Shown here in pieces: positions 1-9,879 of a stretch of 24,000 nucleotides of DNA; positions within the stretch are counted from its first letter, which is position 1; each line of letters opens with the position of its first letter. The stretch is from Vibrio stylophorae. GTDB taxonomy: Bacteria; Pseudomonadota; Gammaproteobacteria; Enterobacterales; Vibrionaceae. Location of the stretch: NCBI RefSeq assembly GCF_921293875.1, contig NZ_CAKLDI010000001.1, positions 626,475 to 650,474 of the forward strand, given 5' to 3'. The notes below the pieces were generated by a model. That model was not told the DNA's origin, made no database searches, and worked only from the letters and a program-made list of their open reading frames with translations. The translations under genes and the position numbers were made by a program.

Positions 1-1
1 G

Positions 2-1147
2 AAAAACGCAGTTCATTTTGGTGCAGGCAATATCGGTCGTGGCTTTATTGGTAAATTACTCGCAGATGCCGACGTTGCTGTGACATTTGCCGATGTTGAT
101 ATGCCGCTGGTGGATCAGCTAAGCCACAAACAAGAATACAAAGTGAAAGTGGTGGGGACTGAGTGCCAAATCGACACAGTAACCAATGTCACCGCAGTGA
201 ACTCGGCCAGTGCTGATGTCATTGAGCGCATCATTCACACTGATTTGGTGACCACAGCTGTGGGTCCAAACGTGCTTGATATCATCGCCAAAACCATTGC
301 CACTGGGATTGCCAAACGCTTTGAAGCGGGCAACGACAAGCCATTGAATATCATCGCCTGTGAAAACATGGTGCGTGGTACCAGCCATCTGAAAAATGAA
401 GTGTATGGTCACTTAGATAGTCAATGGCATGATAAAGCGGATGCACTGGTTGGCTTTGTCGATTCAGCCGTAGACCGTATTGTACCGCCAGCGCAAGCGG
501 CCAACAATGATCCATTGGAAGTGACTGTGGAAAGCTTTAGCGAGTGGATTGTTGACCAAGGTCAGTTTAAAGGTGAGATTCCAGCCATCGAAGGCATGGA
601 AAAAACCGATAACTTAATGGCTTTTGTTGAGCGTAAGCTTTTTACCCTTAATACCGGCCACTGTATTACCGCTTACTTGGGTTGTTTGCATGGCTACAAC
701 ACCATTCGTGAAGCCATTGAAGATGATGCGATTCGCGCAGAAGTGAAGCAAGCGATGCAAGAAAGTGGTGAAGTGCTGATTCGTCGTTACGGTTTTGATC
801 GTGAGATGCACAACGCCTATATCGAAAAAATCCTAGGTCGTTTTGCTAACCCATATCTAGTGGATGAAGTGGACCGTGTCGGTCGTCAGCCAATCCGTAA
901 ATTGGGAGCAAGCGATCGCCTGATCAAGCCTCTTTTAGGTACAATGGAGTATAGCACTGAAAATAAAACACTTTTGAAAGGTATTGCAGCAGCACTGAAA
1001 TACAAAAACGACACTGACCCACAGGCAGTGGAGTTGCAGCAATCCTTAGCCGACAAAGGTGTACGCGAGACCCTCGCACATTACACAGGCCTTGCAGCAG
1101 AGAGTGAGCAAGTGGCACAAATCGAAGCCATTTATCAGCAACTGTAA
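2..1147 (+). CDS. mtlD: Mannitol-1-phosphate 5-dehydrogenase, 5' end cut by window edge
   Basis: The frame is open from base 2. Bases 2..79 translate to [33 protein letters not shown], the N-terminal GAGNIGRG Rossmann motif of MtlD, and run straight into tracked ORF 80..1147. Only a few N-terminal codons lie outside the window. mtlR follows, as in mtlADR operons. Confidence 0.93.
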   Translation, partial: KNAVHFGAGNIGRGFIGKLLADADVAVTFADVDMPLVDQLSHKQEYKVKVVGTECQIDTVTNVTAVNSASADVIERIIHTDLVTTAVGPNVLDIIAKTIATGIAKRFEAGNDKPLNIIACENMVRGTSHLKNEVYGHLDSQWHDKADALVGFVDSAVDRIVPPAQAANNDPLEVTVESFSEWIVDQGQFKGEIPAIEGMEKTDNLMAFVERKLFTLNTGHCITAYLGCLHGYNTIREAIEDDAIRAEVKQAMQESGEVLIRRYGFDREMHNAYIEKILGRFANPYLVDEVDRVGRQPIRKLGASDRLIKPLLGTMEYSTENKTLLKGIAAALKYKNDTDPQAVELQQSLADKGVRETLAHYTGLAAESEQVAQIEAIYQQL

Positions 1148-1163
1148 TCTGTATCGATGACAC

Positions 1164-1187
1164 ATGAAGAGGGGAAACCCTCTTCAT
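1164..1187 (+). other. Intercistronic stem-loop between mtlD and mtlR (10-bp stem, GAAA loop)
   Basis: atgaagaggg (1164..1173) is the exact reverse complement of ccctcttcat (1178..1187), with loop gaaa. No U-run follows, so this looks like an mRNA-stability or processing hairpin rather than a terminator. Confidence 0.5.
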
Positions 1188-1210
1188 ATTAGCCAACGGA
1201 TAGTTTGTAT

Positions 1211-1741
1211 ATGACTGACATGCCACAAGAATCAGAGATTCTCGAACGACTAAATGGCGCGCCAACGGTGCGTGGCTTTTTTATCGTTGCGGTGGATATT
1301 TTCCATTTGGCAGTGGATGGTTTGATGCAGCGAATTTTCCAAAAAGACAATTTTGCAGTGCAGTCTGTGGTGGGTCCTTTGCTTCAGGCATCGGGTCCAT
1401 TGGGTGATTTGTCGGTGCGTCTAAAACTGCTGTTTGGCTTAGGTGTTATTGCTAACGATGTTTACCATGACATAGAGACCATGGTGAAACTCAAACATCA
1501 GCTCAATAACGATGGTCATGATTATGACTTTACGACCGCGCAGTTAATTGAGCCGATTTTAAAAATGCATTTAGTGAAACGTATGGGCATGATGCCTGAC
1601 ACTTTTGCACCTTTTGATGAATCTGACCTCGCGTTATGTCAATTGCAGCAGCAACGACAACAGCGTGTGGTTCAGTCCAGTCTCTCCCTTGTGATTGTTG
1701 AAATTTGTAATGCTTTAAATCAAGACAGCCCATTTCGTTGA
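1211..1741 (+). CDS. mtlR: Mannitol operon repressor MtlR
   Basis: The translation contains ILERLNGAPTVRGF...GPLGDLSVRLKLLFGLGVI, which matches my recollection of E. coli MtlR (GPLGDLSVRLKLIYGLGVI). It lies directly downstream of mtlD. The tracked ORF begins at a TTG (1205); the first ATG is at 1211. Confidence 0.85.
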   Translation: MTDMPQESEILERLNGAPTVRGFFIVAVDIFHLAVDGLMQRIFQKDNFAVQSVVGPLLQASGPLGDLSVRLKLLFGLGVIANDVYHDIETMVKLKHQLNNDGHDYDFTTAQLIEPILKMHLVKRMGMMPDTFAPFDESDLALCQLQQQRQQRVVQSSLSLVIVEICNALNQDSPFR

Positions 1742-1774
1742 ATCCCCCTCAACGCAAATTTGTATGATTTGTTT

Positions 1775-1800
1775 AGCCGCCTCTGAGGCGGCTTTTTTTA
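1775..1800 (+). terminator. Rho-independent terminator of the mtl operon
   Basis: agccgcc (1775..1781) pairs with ggcggct (1787..1793) and is followed by a T-run to 1799. It lies 34 nt after the mtlR stop. Confidence 0.8.
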
Positions 1801-2106
1801 TGCCTATCTTTTGTCAAATATCGCCAAACCCTCAATCAATCATCAAGGTGGTTGAACCGCGAGCAAGGCCCAAGGCGCTGATTGATCAATTCAGAGATTC
1901 CGCATGAATTTTGCCATTTATCACAAACTTTGGATGGAATAAAAACAAATACACAGGGGCTCAGATTTATTGAGGTGATTATGTTTTAATCAATATAAGG
2001 GGGGCTGCTTTGATTTGCTGATGGCCAATAGGTGGGACGATTTGGCTGTGAGCGTCATGGTAATGAGTCAAAGCGGCGCAAGGACGGCGTGACGCACACG
2101 ATTAGG

Positions 2107-3273
2107 ATGATTATGTTACTTCGCAAATGGATATTGCCCATCGCACTTTTGCTTTTGGCGGTACTTGGCTATCAATGGATTAGTGCTAAACAGGAGCAAG
2201 CGCCAGCAAAGCCTGTCGGCGAGCAGTTGATGAAGGTGCAAACCCAAGTGCTGCAAGCGCAATCCTTAACTGTCATGCTGGAAGGATTTGCCGAAGTGAC
2301 GCCAGTAGAGCGCACTCAAATCGCCAGCCAAGTCGCTGGCGAGGTACTGGCTTGGCATCCCAATTTTGTAGCCGGTGGTCGTGTTGAGCGTGGCACTGTG
2401 CTGTTTTCCATTGACCCCTCCAACTATCAAGCGGCTGTACTCATGATGGAAGCAGAGCTCGCCCAAGCACAGGCTGCTTACATTGAAGAAAAAGCACGCG
2501 GCAAAGTCGCCGCGCGCCAAGCACAAAGTATTCCCGACAAGCAAGTCACCGCCCTTTATCTAAGAAAGCCGCAACTATTGAGTGCCAGCGCCCGGGTGAA
2601 ATCGGCGCGCGCTGCGCTGCAACGGGCCAAACGCGATCTCGAAAACTGCCAAGTGAAAGCGCCCTATGATGCGCTGGTGATCTCGCGGCAAATTGGTGTG
2701 GGGCAATATCTCAATGTGGGCAGTCCCATCGCTGAGCTCTATAACATTGAGTCAGCCGAGCTGATTGTGCCTATTGCTGGTTTTGATGTGCCATTTTTGG
2801 CGCGCCCCTTGGCGGATAGTCCTGTGGCTATTCACATTCCCGGTCAGCCTGATACTCAGTGGCAAGGGCGGTTAAACCGCGATCTCGGCGTGGTGGATAG
2901 TGCTACGCGCATGCTGCAGCTGGTGGTACATATTGATGATCCCTACGGCATTCATTCGCAGCAGCCCCCCTTGCCTTTTGGCAGTTATGTAGCGGTGCAA
3001 TTTGCCGGAAAAACCTTAAATAATCTTTTCCAAGTGCCGCAAGAGCTGGTACGTGATAGCACGCTGTGGCTGATTGACGATCAAAATCAATTGCAGCCGC
3101 GTACCGTCAATGTACGCAGGCAAGTGGATCGCTTCTTCTATCTTGACCATGGGGTGGCCATTGGCGATGAAATGGTGCTGACGCTCCCCGAATTTCCTTA
3201 TCAGGGCATGCCCGTTGAACGTCTTGCGGATGTAAGGCCGTCAGCACCAAATAAGGGGGCTGAGCGTGACTGA
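2107..3273 (+). CDS. RND efflux pump periplasmic adaptor (membrane fusion protein, HlyD/AcrA family)
   Basis: It has an N-terminal membrane anchor (LLRKWILPIALLLLAVLGY), coiled-coil-like AQAQAAYIEEKARGK...ARAALQRAKRDLENC, and then beta-barrel-type sequence. Its stop overlaps the start of the RND permease (GTGA). The tracked ORF starts at GTG 2032, but ATG 2107 or 2113, just before the anchor, is more plausible. The start is uncertain. Confidence 0.85.
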   Translation: MIMLLRKWILPIALLLLAVLGYQWISAKQEQAPAKPVGEQLMKVQTQVLQAQSLTVMLEGFAEVTPVERTQIASQVAGEVLAWHPNFVAGGRVERGTVLFSIDPSNYQAAVLMMEAELAQAQAAYIEEKARGKVAARQAQSIPDKQVTALYLRKPQLLSASARVKSARAALQRAKRDLENCQVKAPYDALVISRQIGVGQYLNVGSPIAELYNIESAELIVPIAGFDVPFLARPLADSPVAIHIPGQPDTQWQGRLNRDLGVVDSATRMLQLVVHIDDPYGIHSQQPPLPFGSYVAVQFAGKTLNNLFQVPQELVRDSTLWLIDDQNQLQPRTVNVRRQVDRFFYLDHGVAIGDEMVLTLPEFPYQGMPVERLADVRPSAPNKGAERD

Positions 3274-6200
3274 TCACTCTTATGAGCCGCAGGAAAATGA
3301 CAGTGAGCACACACCGACCGAGCAGCGCGGTTTAATTGCCTATTTTGCGCGTAATCCCGTGGCCGCTAATTTGCTGATGATCTTTATTTTGATCATGGGC
3401 ACGGTGAGCTATCTGCTGATTCAGCGCCAGATGTTCCCCAATTTTGAAATTAATTTTATTCGCGTTTCGGCCGCCTATCCCGGTGTATCAGCGCAAGAAA
3501 TCGAAGAAAACATTCTGATTAAAGTGGAAGAATCCTTGCAGGATGTGACGGAAATTAAAAAAGCGGTCACCGATGCCTATCGTGGCGGCGGCACTGTGAT
3601 GCTCGAAATTGATAGCAAAGCCAGTCTGTCTGATGTGCTGGATAAGGTGCAGCAGCGGGTGGATGGCATTGCCAGTTTTCCTCGTGATATGGAGCCCATT
3701 CAGATCACCCAAGTTGAATTTCAGCAAGATGTGATTGGCATGGTGCTCACCGGTGATGCGCCCTTGATTGAGCTGAAAGCGCTGGCCAATGACATTGAAA
3801 AAGAGCTACTGCAGCTTGCCGATGTGGCCTTGGTTGAGGTTAGTGCGCCGCAGGATGAGATCGCCATTGAGGTGCCGCCAGAGCAGTTGCGTCGTTACGG
3901 TTTGACCCTCAATGATGTAGTGCAAGCGGTGCAGCAATACTCTGCAAATTTCTCAGCCGGCCAAGTGCGCACGCAAAGTGGCTTGGTCTCCATTCGTATT
4001 GAAAACCAATATTATCGCGGCGATGAGTTTCGCCAGATCCCCGTCAAAATCGGTGCCAATGGTAGCCAAATACGACTGGGTGATATCGCGGCGATTTATG
4101 ACCAATTTACCGAAGGTCAGTACCATTTTCAGTTCTCGGGAAATAATGGCATTTACATCGCGGTGAAGGCGACCAAAACCCAAAATATGGTGCCTGTAGC
4201 GGAAGCGGTTAACGCCTATATTGAGCAGCGCAATCAAACCTTACCCCATGGATTGCATATCAGCACTCTGATGGATATGACCTATTACCTCAATGGTCGC
4301 CTCGATATGATGCTGAAAAACTTGCTGCAAGGGGCGATTTTGGTGGCTTTGCTACTGACGCTCTTTTTGCGTTTTCGCTTGGCAATGTGGGTGATGGTGG
4401 GGCTGCCGGTGTGCTTTTTGGGCGCCATGATGATGATGCCGCTGTTTGATGTCAGCATCAATATCATGACCTTGTTCGCCTTTATCATGGTGCTGGGGAT
4501 CGTGGTGGATGATGCCATCGTGATTGGTGAAAGCGTCTATACCGAAGTGGAAAAAAATGGTGGCGGAGTGCGCAATGTGGTGCGCGGCGCCAAGCGCGTG
4601 GCTACGCCAGCCACCTTTGGTGTGCTCACCACCATTGCGGTGTTTGTGCCCTTTTTGTTTTCCACGGGGCCAGAAAAAGCCTTCTTCTTTGGCCTGTCCA
4701 TTGTGGTGATTTTTTGCCTGATCTTTAGCTTGATTGAGTCCAAGTTGATTTTGCCAGCGCATTTGGCGCATACCCAATTTAAACCTATGGTGTCGGGCTC
4801 TTGGCGCGCGCGTTTTCACCAAAGCTTTTTCGCTTTGATTGATGGGCCTTACAAACGCACTTTGGCTTGGTGCGTGGCATGGCGCTGGTCGGTGATGGCT
4901 GGTTTTATTTTACTACTGACACTCTCGATCGCCCTGATTTCGGGCGGATATGTGCGCGTAGTGCCTTCCCCTAAGGTACCTTCTGATTTTCCTTTGCTCA
5001 AAATCAGCATGAATAGCAATGTGTCGGATCAGCAGATGATGCAAGCGATCAGGCAAGTGGAAGCCATGGTACTAGCGGTGGATGCTGACGTCGCGCGTGA
5101 ATATGGCCAGCCCGTGGTGCGCGATGTGATGAGCTTTAATACCAGCCGAACCGATGCCATGGTGATGACCGCCTTGGTCGATGAGCATCTGCGTCCCATC
5201 AATGCCTTTGAATTATCACAACGCTGGCGAGAGCAAATACCCGATGTCGTGGGGGTGAAATCGCTGATTATTGTGGATGATGTGGTCGGCAGTGAAGATG
5301 GCGATGAGTTTGGTTATCTGCTCTATGGGCCGGATATGCAGACCTTGAATAGCGCAGGGGCCTATTTAATGAGCCAACTGCGTCAGCAACCGGGGCTATT
5401 TGATATCAGCTCGACCATAGATACGGGCAGCGAAGAGGTGCAACTGTCGCTCAAACCCGTGGCCTATGACTTGGGGCTGGATTTAGCGATGATTGCCGCG
5501 CAAGTGGGCGGTAGTTTTTATGGCGGTGAGGCGCAGCGAATTTTACGCAATGGCGAAGAGGTGCGGGTGATGGTGCGCTACCCTCAGCTTACGCGCGAAG
5601 CTTTTGCCTCATTGCGCTATGCGCTGATCACCACGCCCATGGGCGAGCAGGTGATGCTCGGCGATTTGGTGGACATTGATCGCCAACCCAGCATGAATCA
5701 GATTCGCCGAGAAAATGGTTATCGCACGGTTTATGTTTATGGCGCCATTGATGAAAGCATGGTGGAGCCCGACAAGGCTGTAGCCGCCATTGAAGAAACC
5801 TTGTTGCCTGAGCTCACTAAGCTCTTTCCCACGATTCAAACTGAGCTTGGCGGCGCGATTGAAGAGCAGCAAAAACAGCGCGCGGAGCAGGGCGTCTTTT
5901 TTCTTGCTGGGATGATTACCATTTATATTTTGCTGGCCGTGCCGCTGAAAAGCTATGCGCAACCGTTGATCATTATGTCGGTGATCCCCTTTAGTGCCAC
6001 CGGCGCGATTTTGGGGCATTGGCTCTATGGTACGGATCTCAGCATGATGTCGACCTTTGGTTTGATTGCCGCAGCTGGCGTGGTGATCAATGACTCCTTG
6101 GTGATGACGGACTACATCAACCAGATTAAGACGCGCTGTTCGTGCGTTACCCAAGCGGTGATTGAAGCGGGCTGCGCGCGTTTTCGCGCCATCACCTTAA

Positions 6201-6430
6201 CCTCCATTACCACCTTTTTTGGCGTATTGCCTATTTTGTTTGAGACCAGCTTGCAGGCTGCATTTGTCAAACCCATGGCCATTGCGCTGGGCTTTGCTGT
6301 GCTTTATGCCACGGTGATCACCTTGGTTTTGGTGCCTTGTCTGTATGTGATGCTCGAAGATATGGGCGGTATTTTTCGAAAAATCGGCGGCGGATTGAAA
6401 CGCCGAGTTGTGGGACCTAGCGAGGCTTAG
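3266..6430 (+). CDS. RND efflux transporter permease (AcrB/AcrD/AcrF family)
   Basis: The 1054-aa protein has the typical N-terminus (AYFARNPVAANLLMIFILIMG...SAAYPGVSAQEIEE), two large periplasmic loops and two blocks of hydrophobic helices. It is translationally coupled to the adaptor gene. Confidence 0.92.
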   Translation: MTDHSYEPQENDSEHTPTEQRGLIAYFARNPVAANLLMIFILIMGTVSYLLIQRQMFPNFEINFIRVSAAYPGVSAQEIEENILIKVEESLQDVTEIKKAVTDAYRGGGTVMLEIDSKASLSDVLDKVQQRVDGIASFPRDMEPIQITQVEFQQDVIGMVLTGDAPLIELKALANDIEKELLQLADVALVEVSAPQDEIAIEVPPEQLRRYGLTLNDVVQAVQQYSANFSAGQVRTQSGLVSIRIENQYYRGDEFRQIPVKIGANGSQIRLGDIAAIYDQFTEGQYHFQFSGNNGIYIAVKATKTQNMVPVAEAVNAYIEQRNQTLPHGLHISTLMDMTYYLNGRLDMMLKNLLQGAILVALLLTLFLRFRLAMWVMVGLPVCFLGAMMMMPLFDVSINIMTLFAFIMVLGIVVDDAIVIGESVYTEVEKNGGGVRNVVRGAKRVATPATFGVLTTIAVFVPFLFSTGPEKAFFFGLSIVVIFCLIFSLIESKLILPAHLAHTQFKPMVSGSWRARFHQSFFALIDGPYKRTLAWCVAWRWSVMAGFILLLTLSIALISGGYVRVVPSPKVPSDFPLLKISMNSNVSDQQMMQAIRQVEAMVLAVDADVAREYGQPVVRDVMSFNTSRTDAMVMTALVDEHLRPINAFELSQRWREQIPDVVGVKSLIIVDDVVGSEDGDEFGYLLYGPDMQTLNSAGAYLMSQLRQQPGLFDISSTIDTGSEEVQLSLKPVAYDLGLDLAMIAAQVGGSFYGGEAQRILRNGEEVRVMVRYPQLTREAFASLRYALITTPMGEQVMLGDLVDIDRQPSMNQIRRENGYRTVYVYGAIDESMVEPDKAVAAIEETLLPELTKLFPTIQTELGGAIEEQQKQRAEQGVFFLAGMITIYILLAVPLKSYAQPLIIMSVIPFSATGAILGHWLYGTDLSMMSTFGLIAAAGVVINDSLVMTDYINQIKTRCSCVTQAVIEAGCARFRAITLTSITTFFGVLPILFETSLQAAFVKPMAIALGFAVLYATVITLVLVPCLYVMLEDMGGIFRKIGGGLKRRVVGPSEA

Positions 6431-6524
6431 CAAGGTATAGTGGAGCATAGTAGGGCGTAGTGGGGGGATGGTGAGGTGCAGAGCGCTGCTAATATCGTTG
6501 CATTATCACATCACAAAAGGCTGC

Positions 6525-6570
6525 TATCCAAATACAGCTGAGGCACATATCCAAATACAGGTGAGACACA
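6525..6570. repeat. Tandem 23-bp direct repeat (2 copies, 2 mismatches) upstream of glpK
   Basis: tatccaaatacagCtgagGcaca (6525..6547) is immediately followed by tatccaaatacagGtgagAcaca (6548..6570). Confidence 0.85.
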
Positions 6571-6622
6571 GCGCTGAGAGCTAGACTAACAAAATGACAA
6601 ACCAGCAAGGGATGTGAGTTTT

Positions 6623-8179
6623 ATGTCTGTGACTTCAGCGCAATACATTATGGCGCTTGATCAAGGAACCACCAGTTCGCGAACGGTGATCCTTGATCAC
6701 AACGCCAACATTGTCAGCAGCGCGCAGCGCGAGTTTCGCCAAATCTATCCCAAAGCTGGCTGGGTCGAGCACGACCCCATGGAGATTTGGGCGACCCAAA
6801 GTGCCACCTTGGTTGAAGCGCTGGCCAAAGCGGGCATTCGCAGCGATGAGCTCGCCGCCATTGGCATCACCAATCAGCGGGAAACCACCATTGTTTGGCA
6901 CAAAGACACGGGTAAACCCATTTATAACGCCATTGTTTGGCAGTGCCGCCGCACCGCAGAGATGTGCGATACCTTGCGCAGCCAAGGCTTGGCTGAGATG
7001 GTGCGTGATAAAACTGGCTTAGTGTTGGATCCCTATTTTTCTGCCACCAAAATCAAATGGTTGCTAGATCATGTCCCCGGTGCGCGTGAAGCGGCTGATG
7101 CTGGCCTATTATGTTTTGGTACCGTGGATACTTGGCTGGTTTGGAAGATGACCCAAGGCCGAGTCCATGTCACGGACTATACCAATGCCTCGCGAACCAT
7201 GTTGTTCAATATTCACCAGCGCTGCTGGGATTCATCGCTTCTTGACGCATTTGATATTCCTGCCAGCATGATGCCTGAAGTGAAATCCTCATCGACGCGC
7301 TATGGCAAAGCTAATTTGGGCGGCAAAGGCGGTGTTCGCGTGCCCATTGCGGGTATTGCGGGCGATCAGCAAGCGGCGCTCTTTGGCCAAATGTGTGTAT
7401 CGCCGGGACAGGCGAAAAATACCTATGGTACGGGCTGCTTTTTGTTGATGAATACCGGTCAAGTGCCGGTACGCTCTCAGCATAACTTACTGACCACTCT
7501 TGCTTGCGATGCTAAGGGGGAGCCTGCTTATGCCCTGGAAGGTGCGGTATTTATGGCCGGCGCAGCTATTCAATGGTTGCGCGATGAAATGAAAATATTG
7601 GTGGATGCCAAAGATTCCGCCGACTGCGCCAAGCAAGTGGCCTCTGCCAATGGTGTGTATGTGGTGCCTGCCTTTACGGGCCTTGGCGCACCCTATTGGG
7701 ACCCTTATGCGCGAGGCACCATTGTGGGCCTGACGCGCGGCGTCAATCGAAACCATATTATTCGCGCAACGCTGGAGAGTATTGCCTATCAAACGCGCGA
7801 TGTGCTCGATGCCATGCAGGCCGATGCGGGGATTGAATTGGCGCATTTGCGCGTCGATGGCGGCGCGGTGGCCAATGATTTTTTGATGCAATTTCAAGCC
7901 GATCTATTAAATAGCACGGTGCAGCGGCCACAAGAAAGCGAAGTCACCGCACTTGGCGCGGCTTATTTGGCTGGGTTAGCCGTTGGCTTTTGGCAAGACT
8001 TGGATGAACTGGCCAATCAAGCCGTGTTAGAGCGCACTTTTACCCCTTCAGCCAATGCTGCCAAGCGCCAGCGGCGCTATCAAGGATGGCTGCGCGCCAT
8101 TGCCTGCGTGCAAGCATGGTCCGCGCTTCATGATGAGGCTGATGAGGATGCGATGGAGAGTATGACAGATAATATGTGA
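6623..8179 (+). CDS. glpK: Glycerol kinase
   Basis: FGGY-family hallmarks are present: [56 protein letters not shown] 6623 is preceded by aaggga, whereas the tracked ORF starts at GTG 6614. It ends in an acidic tail ([16 protein letters not shown]). Confidence 0.93.
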   Translation: MSVTSAQYIMALDQGTTSSRTVILDHNANIVSSAQREFRQIYPKAGWVEHDPMEIWATQSATLVEALAKAGIRSDELAAIGITNQRETTIVWHKDTGKPIYNAIVWQCRRTAEMCDTLRSQGLAEMVRDKTGLVLDPYFSATKIKWLLDHVPGAREAADAGLLCFGTVDTWLVWKMTQGRVHVTDYTNASRTMLFNIHQRCWDSSLLDAFDIPASMMPEVKSSSTRYGKANLGGKGGVRVPIAGIAGDQQAALFGQMCVSPGQAKNTYGTGCFLLMNTGQVPVRSQHNLLTTLACDAKGEPAYALEGAVFMAGAAIQWLRDEMKILVDAKDSADCAKQVASANGVYVVPAFTGLGAPYWDPYARGTIVGLTRGVNRNHIIRATLESIAYQTRDVLDAMQADAGIELAHLRVDGGAVANDFLMQFQADLLNSTVQRPQESEVTALGAAYLAGLAVGFWQDLDELANQAVLERTFTPSANAAKRQRRYQGWLRAIACVQAWSALHDEADEDAMESMTDNM

Positions 8180-8191
8180 ACACCTGATCGT

Positions 8192-8223
8192 AAAATGAGC
8201 GGTGGTGGGCCCCCGCTCATTTT
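8192..8223. terminator. Bidirectional hairpin terminator between convergent glpK and the UPF0303 gene
   Basis: aaaatgagcgg (8192..8202) is the exact reverse complement of ccgctcatttt (8213..8223). The A-tract / T-tract flanks give a U-rich 3' arm on either strand. Confidence 0.6.
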
Positions 8224-8282
8224 CGCGAATGGAAGTGAAGGGTTACGAGAATCAGCTTGTGTGCTGTTCTTGTCTTTAAAAT

Positions 8283-8750
8283 TTAAGGCATGGTGGCTAA
8301 AAAGCGAGTAAGGACATCCACAATCAATTGATGATCCGCTTGCTGTGGTAAACCTGAAACCGTAATACTTCCTACCACGCCAACATGACGAATGGTTAGG
8401 GGATAACTGCCACCATAGGGGGCGTAATCTCTCGCATCGACCAATGCAGCTTCTGCCATAGTTTTACCCTTGGCTTCATAGTAGCGACCCATATACCAGC
8501 TGCTGTGTTGCCAGCGCTGTACGACATTGCGTTTGCGCCGAATCCATTCGGCATTGTCTTGGGTGGTCGTTGGCATCGCATAATAAAACAGTGTTTGGCC
8601 GTTGAAGGTGATATCGATAGCGACATTGACACCGCGGTTCTCCGCTTCCTGCTTAATCGCTTCACCTAATTGCCAAGCGTAGGCATGGTCAAAGCGTTCA
8701 AAACTTAAGGCTTGCTCTTGTTCTTGAAGCGCTATAAGTAGTGGCGTCAT
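8283..8750 (-). CDS. UPF0303 / heme-degrading-domain (GlcG, DUF336-like) protein
   Basis: The 155-aa protein carries the family-like features I recall: ...AIDITFNGQTLFYYAMPTT...NAEWIRRKRNVV...YAPYGGSYPL...GSITVSGLPQQADHQL. A GAGGA Shine-Dalgarno lies 7 nt upstream of ATG 8750. It is 24 nt downstream of the oxidoreductase stop, so probably co-transcribed. Confidence 0.7.
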   Translation of the reverse strand: MTPLLIALQEQEQALSFERFDHAYAWQLGEAIKQEAENRGVNVAIDITFNGQTLFYYAMPTTTQDNAEWIRRKRNVVQRWQHSSWYMGRYYEAKGKTMAEAALVDARDYAPYGGSYPLTIRHVGVVGSITVSGLPQQADHQLIVDVLTRFLATMP

Positions 8751-8774
8751 GGTTGATTCCTCTGCGTTGTCACA

Positions 8775-9860
8775 TTAAGCGGGTAAAAAGGGTATCGTGC
8801 GTTTTTCTGCGGCGCTTTGATAGGCGGCTTCAATCACCCGCACCACATTGAGTGCTTCATCGGGCAGTACAGGAAGGGGGTGATTGTGATGAATCGCGGT
8901 GGCTAGCTGAGTGAAAAATTGTTCATACCCCCCTTGTTCAGTGGGGATGGTTCGGCGCTCTCCTTCGGCAGTGGTGAGTACGCCAAAATTAGCCGGATCA
9001 TCCAACCCCCAACCTGGGTGCTCTGGCCCTTGCTTCTCACGGAGTTGCGCTTCTTGGCTGTCCATACCGTATTTGATAAAGCTGGCTTGGTCGCCAAAAA
9101 CTTGAAAACGTGGCCCTTCGGTAGTGCTTAAACAATTGCCATGCAAAATTACATCGCAATCGGGGTAGTGCAGCTGCACATGGAAATGATCCACTGCTTG
9201 TGCACCGGGACGCTGGTTGCGTAACGTCGCGTTGATCAAGATCGGTAGGCCAAAGAGGGCTAAGGCTTGGTCAATTAAATGGGCACCCAAATCATATAAA
9301 ATACCGGCACCTGGTATATTTTGTTCACGCCAGCGCACCTTTACCTCTGGGCGATAGCGGTTGTAGCTGGAATAGAAGGTATGTACTTGGCCAAAGGTTT
9401 GTTCATTCATGAGGCGCTTGATGGTGAGAAAGTCGCCATCGAAACGACGGCTATGATAGACCGTTAATTTTCGATGGTGTGCTTTTGCAAGCGCAATTAA
9501 TGCTTTGCCATCTTCACTGTGATTGACGAATGGCTTTTCGATGACAACATGTTTGCCAGCATCCAGGGCTTGCTTGGCCATGGGGTAGTGCAAATTGTTG
9601 GGGGTGGCAATAATGACTAGTTCAATACTGTCATCGGTGAGTAAGTCGTTGAGGTTCGGGTATACCGTGACCTGTGGTAATTGTTGGTGTACTTTTTCCG
9701 CATCACTGGAGACCACTGCGACTAAATCTAGGGCTGTGACATAGTCAATGATCGGCGCTTGAAAACATTGCCCAGAAATACCAAAGCCAACTAATGCGGT
9801 ACGAATGGGGCGCGTTGATTGCTCTGAGGCTGCAGTTGACGGTGCGATTGCAGTGGACAT
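8775..9860 (-). CDS. Gfo/Idh/MocA family NAD(P)-dependent oxidoreductase
   Basis: It has an N-terminal Rossmann segment (IRTALVGFGISGQCF...), then ...VIIATPNNLHYPMAKQALDAGKHVVIEKP with the EKP motif typical of the family, and a C-terminal alpha/beta domain. ATG 9860 has GGAG 7 nt upstream. The tracked start at 9887 falls inside the ptsA terminator hairpin. Confidence 0.85.
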   Translation of the reverse strand: MSTAIAPSTAASEQSTRPIRTALVGFGISGQCFQAPIIDYVTALDLVAVVSSDAEKVHQQLPQVTVYPNLNDLLTDDSIELVIIATPNNLHYPMAKQALDAGKHVVIEKPFVNHSEDGKALIALAKAHHRKLTVYHSRRFDGDFLTIKRLMNEQTFGQVHTFYSSYNRYRPEVKVRWREQNIPGAGILYDLGAHLIDQALALFGLPILINATLRNQRPGAQAVDHFHVQLHYPDCDVILHGNCLSTTEGPRFQVFGDQASFIKYGMDSQEAQLREKQGPEHPGWGLDDPANFGVLTTAEGERRTIPTEQGGYEQFFTQLATAIHHNHPLPVLPDEALNVVRVIEAAYQSAAEKRTIPFLPA

Positions 9861-9879
9861 AAAGAGGCTCCATAAAATA

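Noticed and set aside
4352-4822. A 156-aa His-rich ORF on the minus strand (with neighbours 4285..4518 and 4537..4743), which could look like a metal-binding protein
   Set aside because: It lies entirely antisense to the transmembrane region of the RND permease. The His/Gly/Lys richness is the mirror image of GTG/ATG/TTT-rich hydrophobic codons. It has no Shine-Dalgarno and no independent support, so it is a shadow ORF.
5609-6154. A 181-aa minus-strand ORF inside the RND gene. Similar antisense or off-frame ORFs lie inside glpK (6635..6985, 6693..7022, 7289..7483, 7487..7897), ptsA (10288..10656, 10590..10787, 11009..11251), pflD (14782..15120, 15145..15393, 15814..16119) and other genes
   Set aside because: All are nested within long, well-supported CDSs with clear family motifs. 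They have low-complexity or Arg/His-rich translations and no start-site signals.
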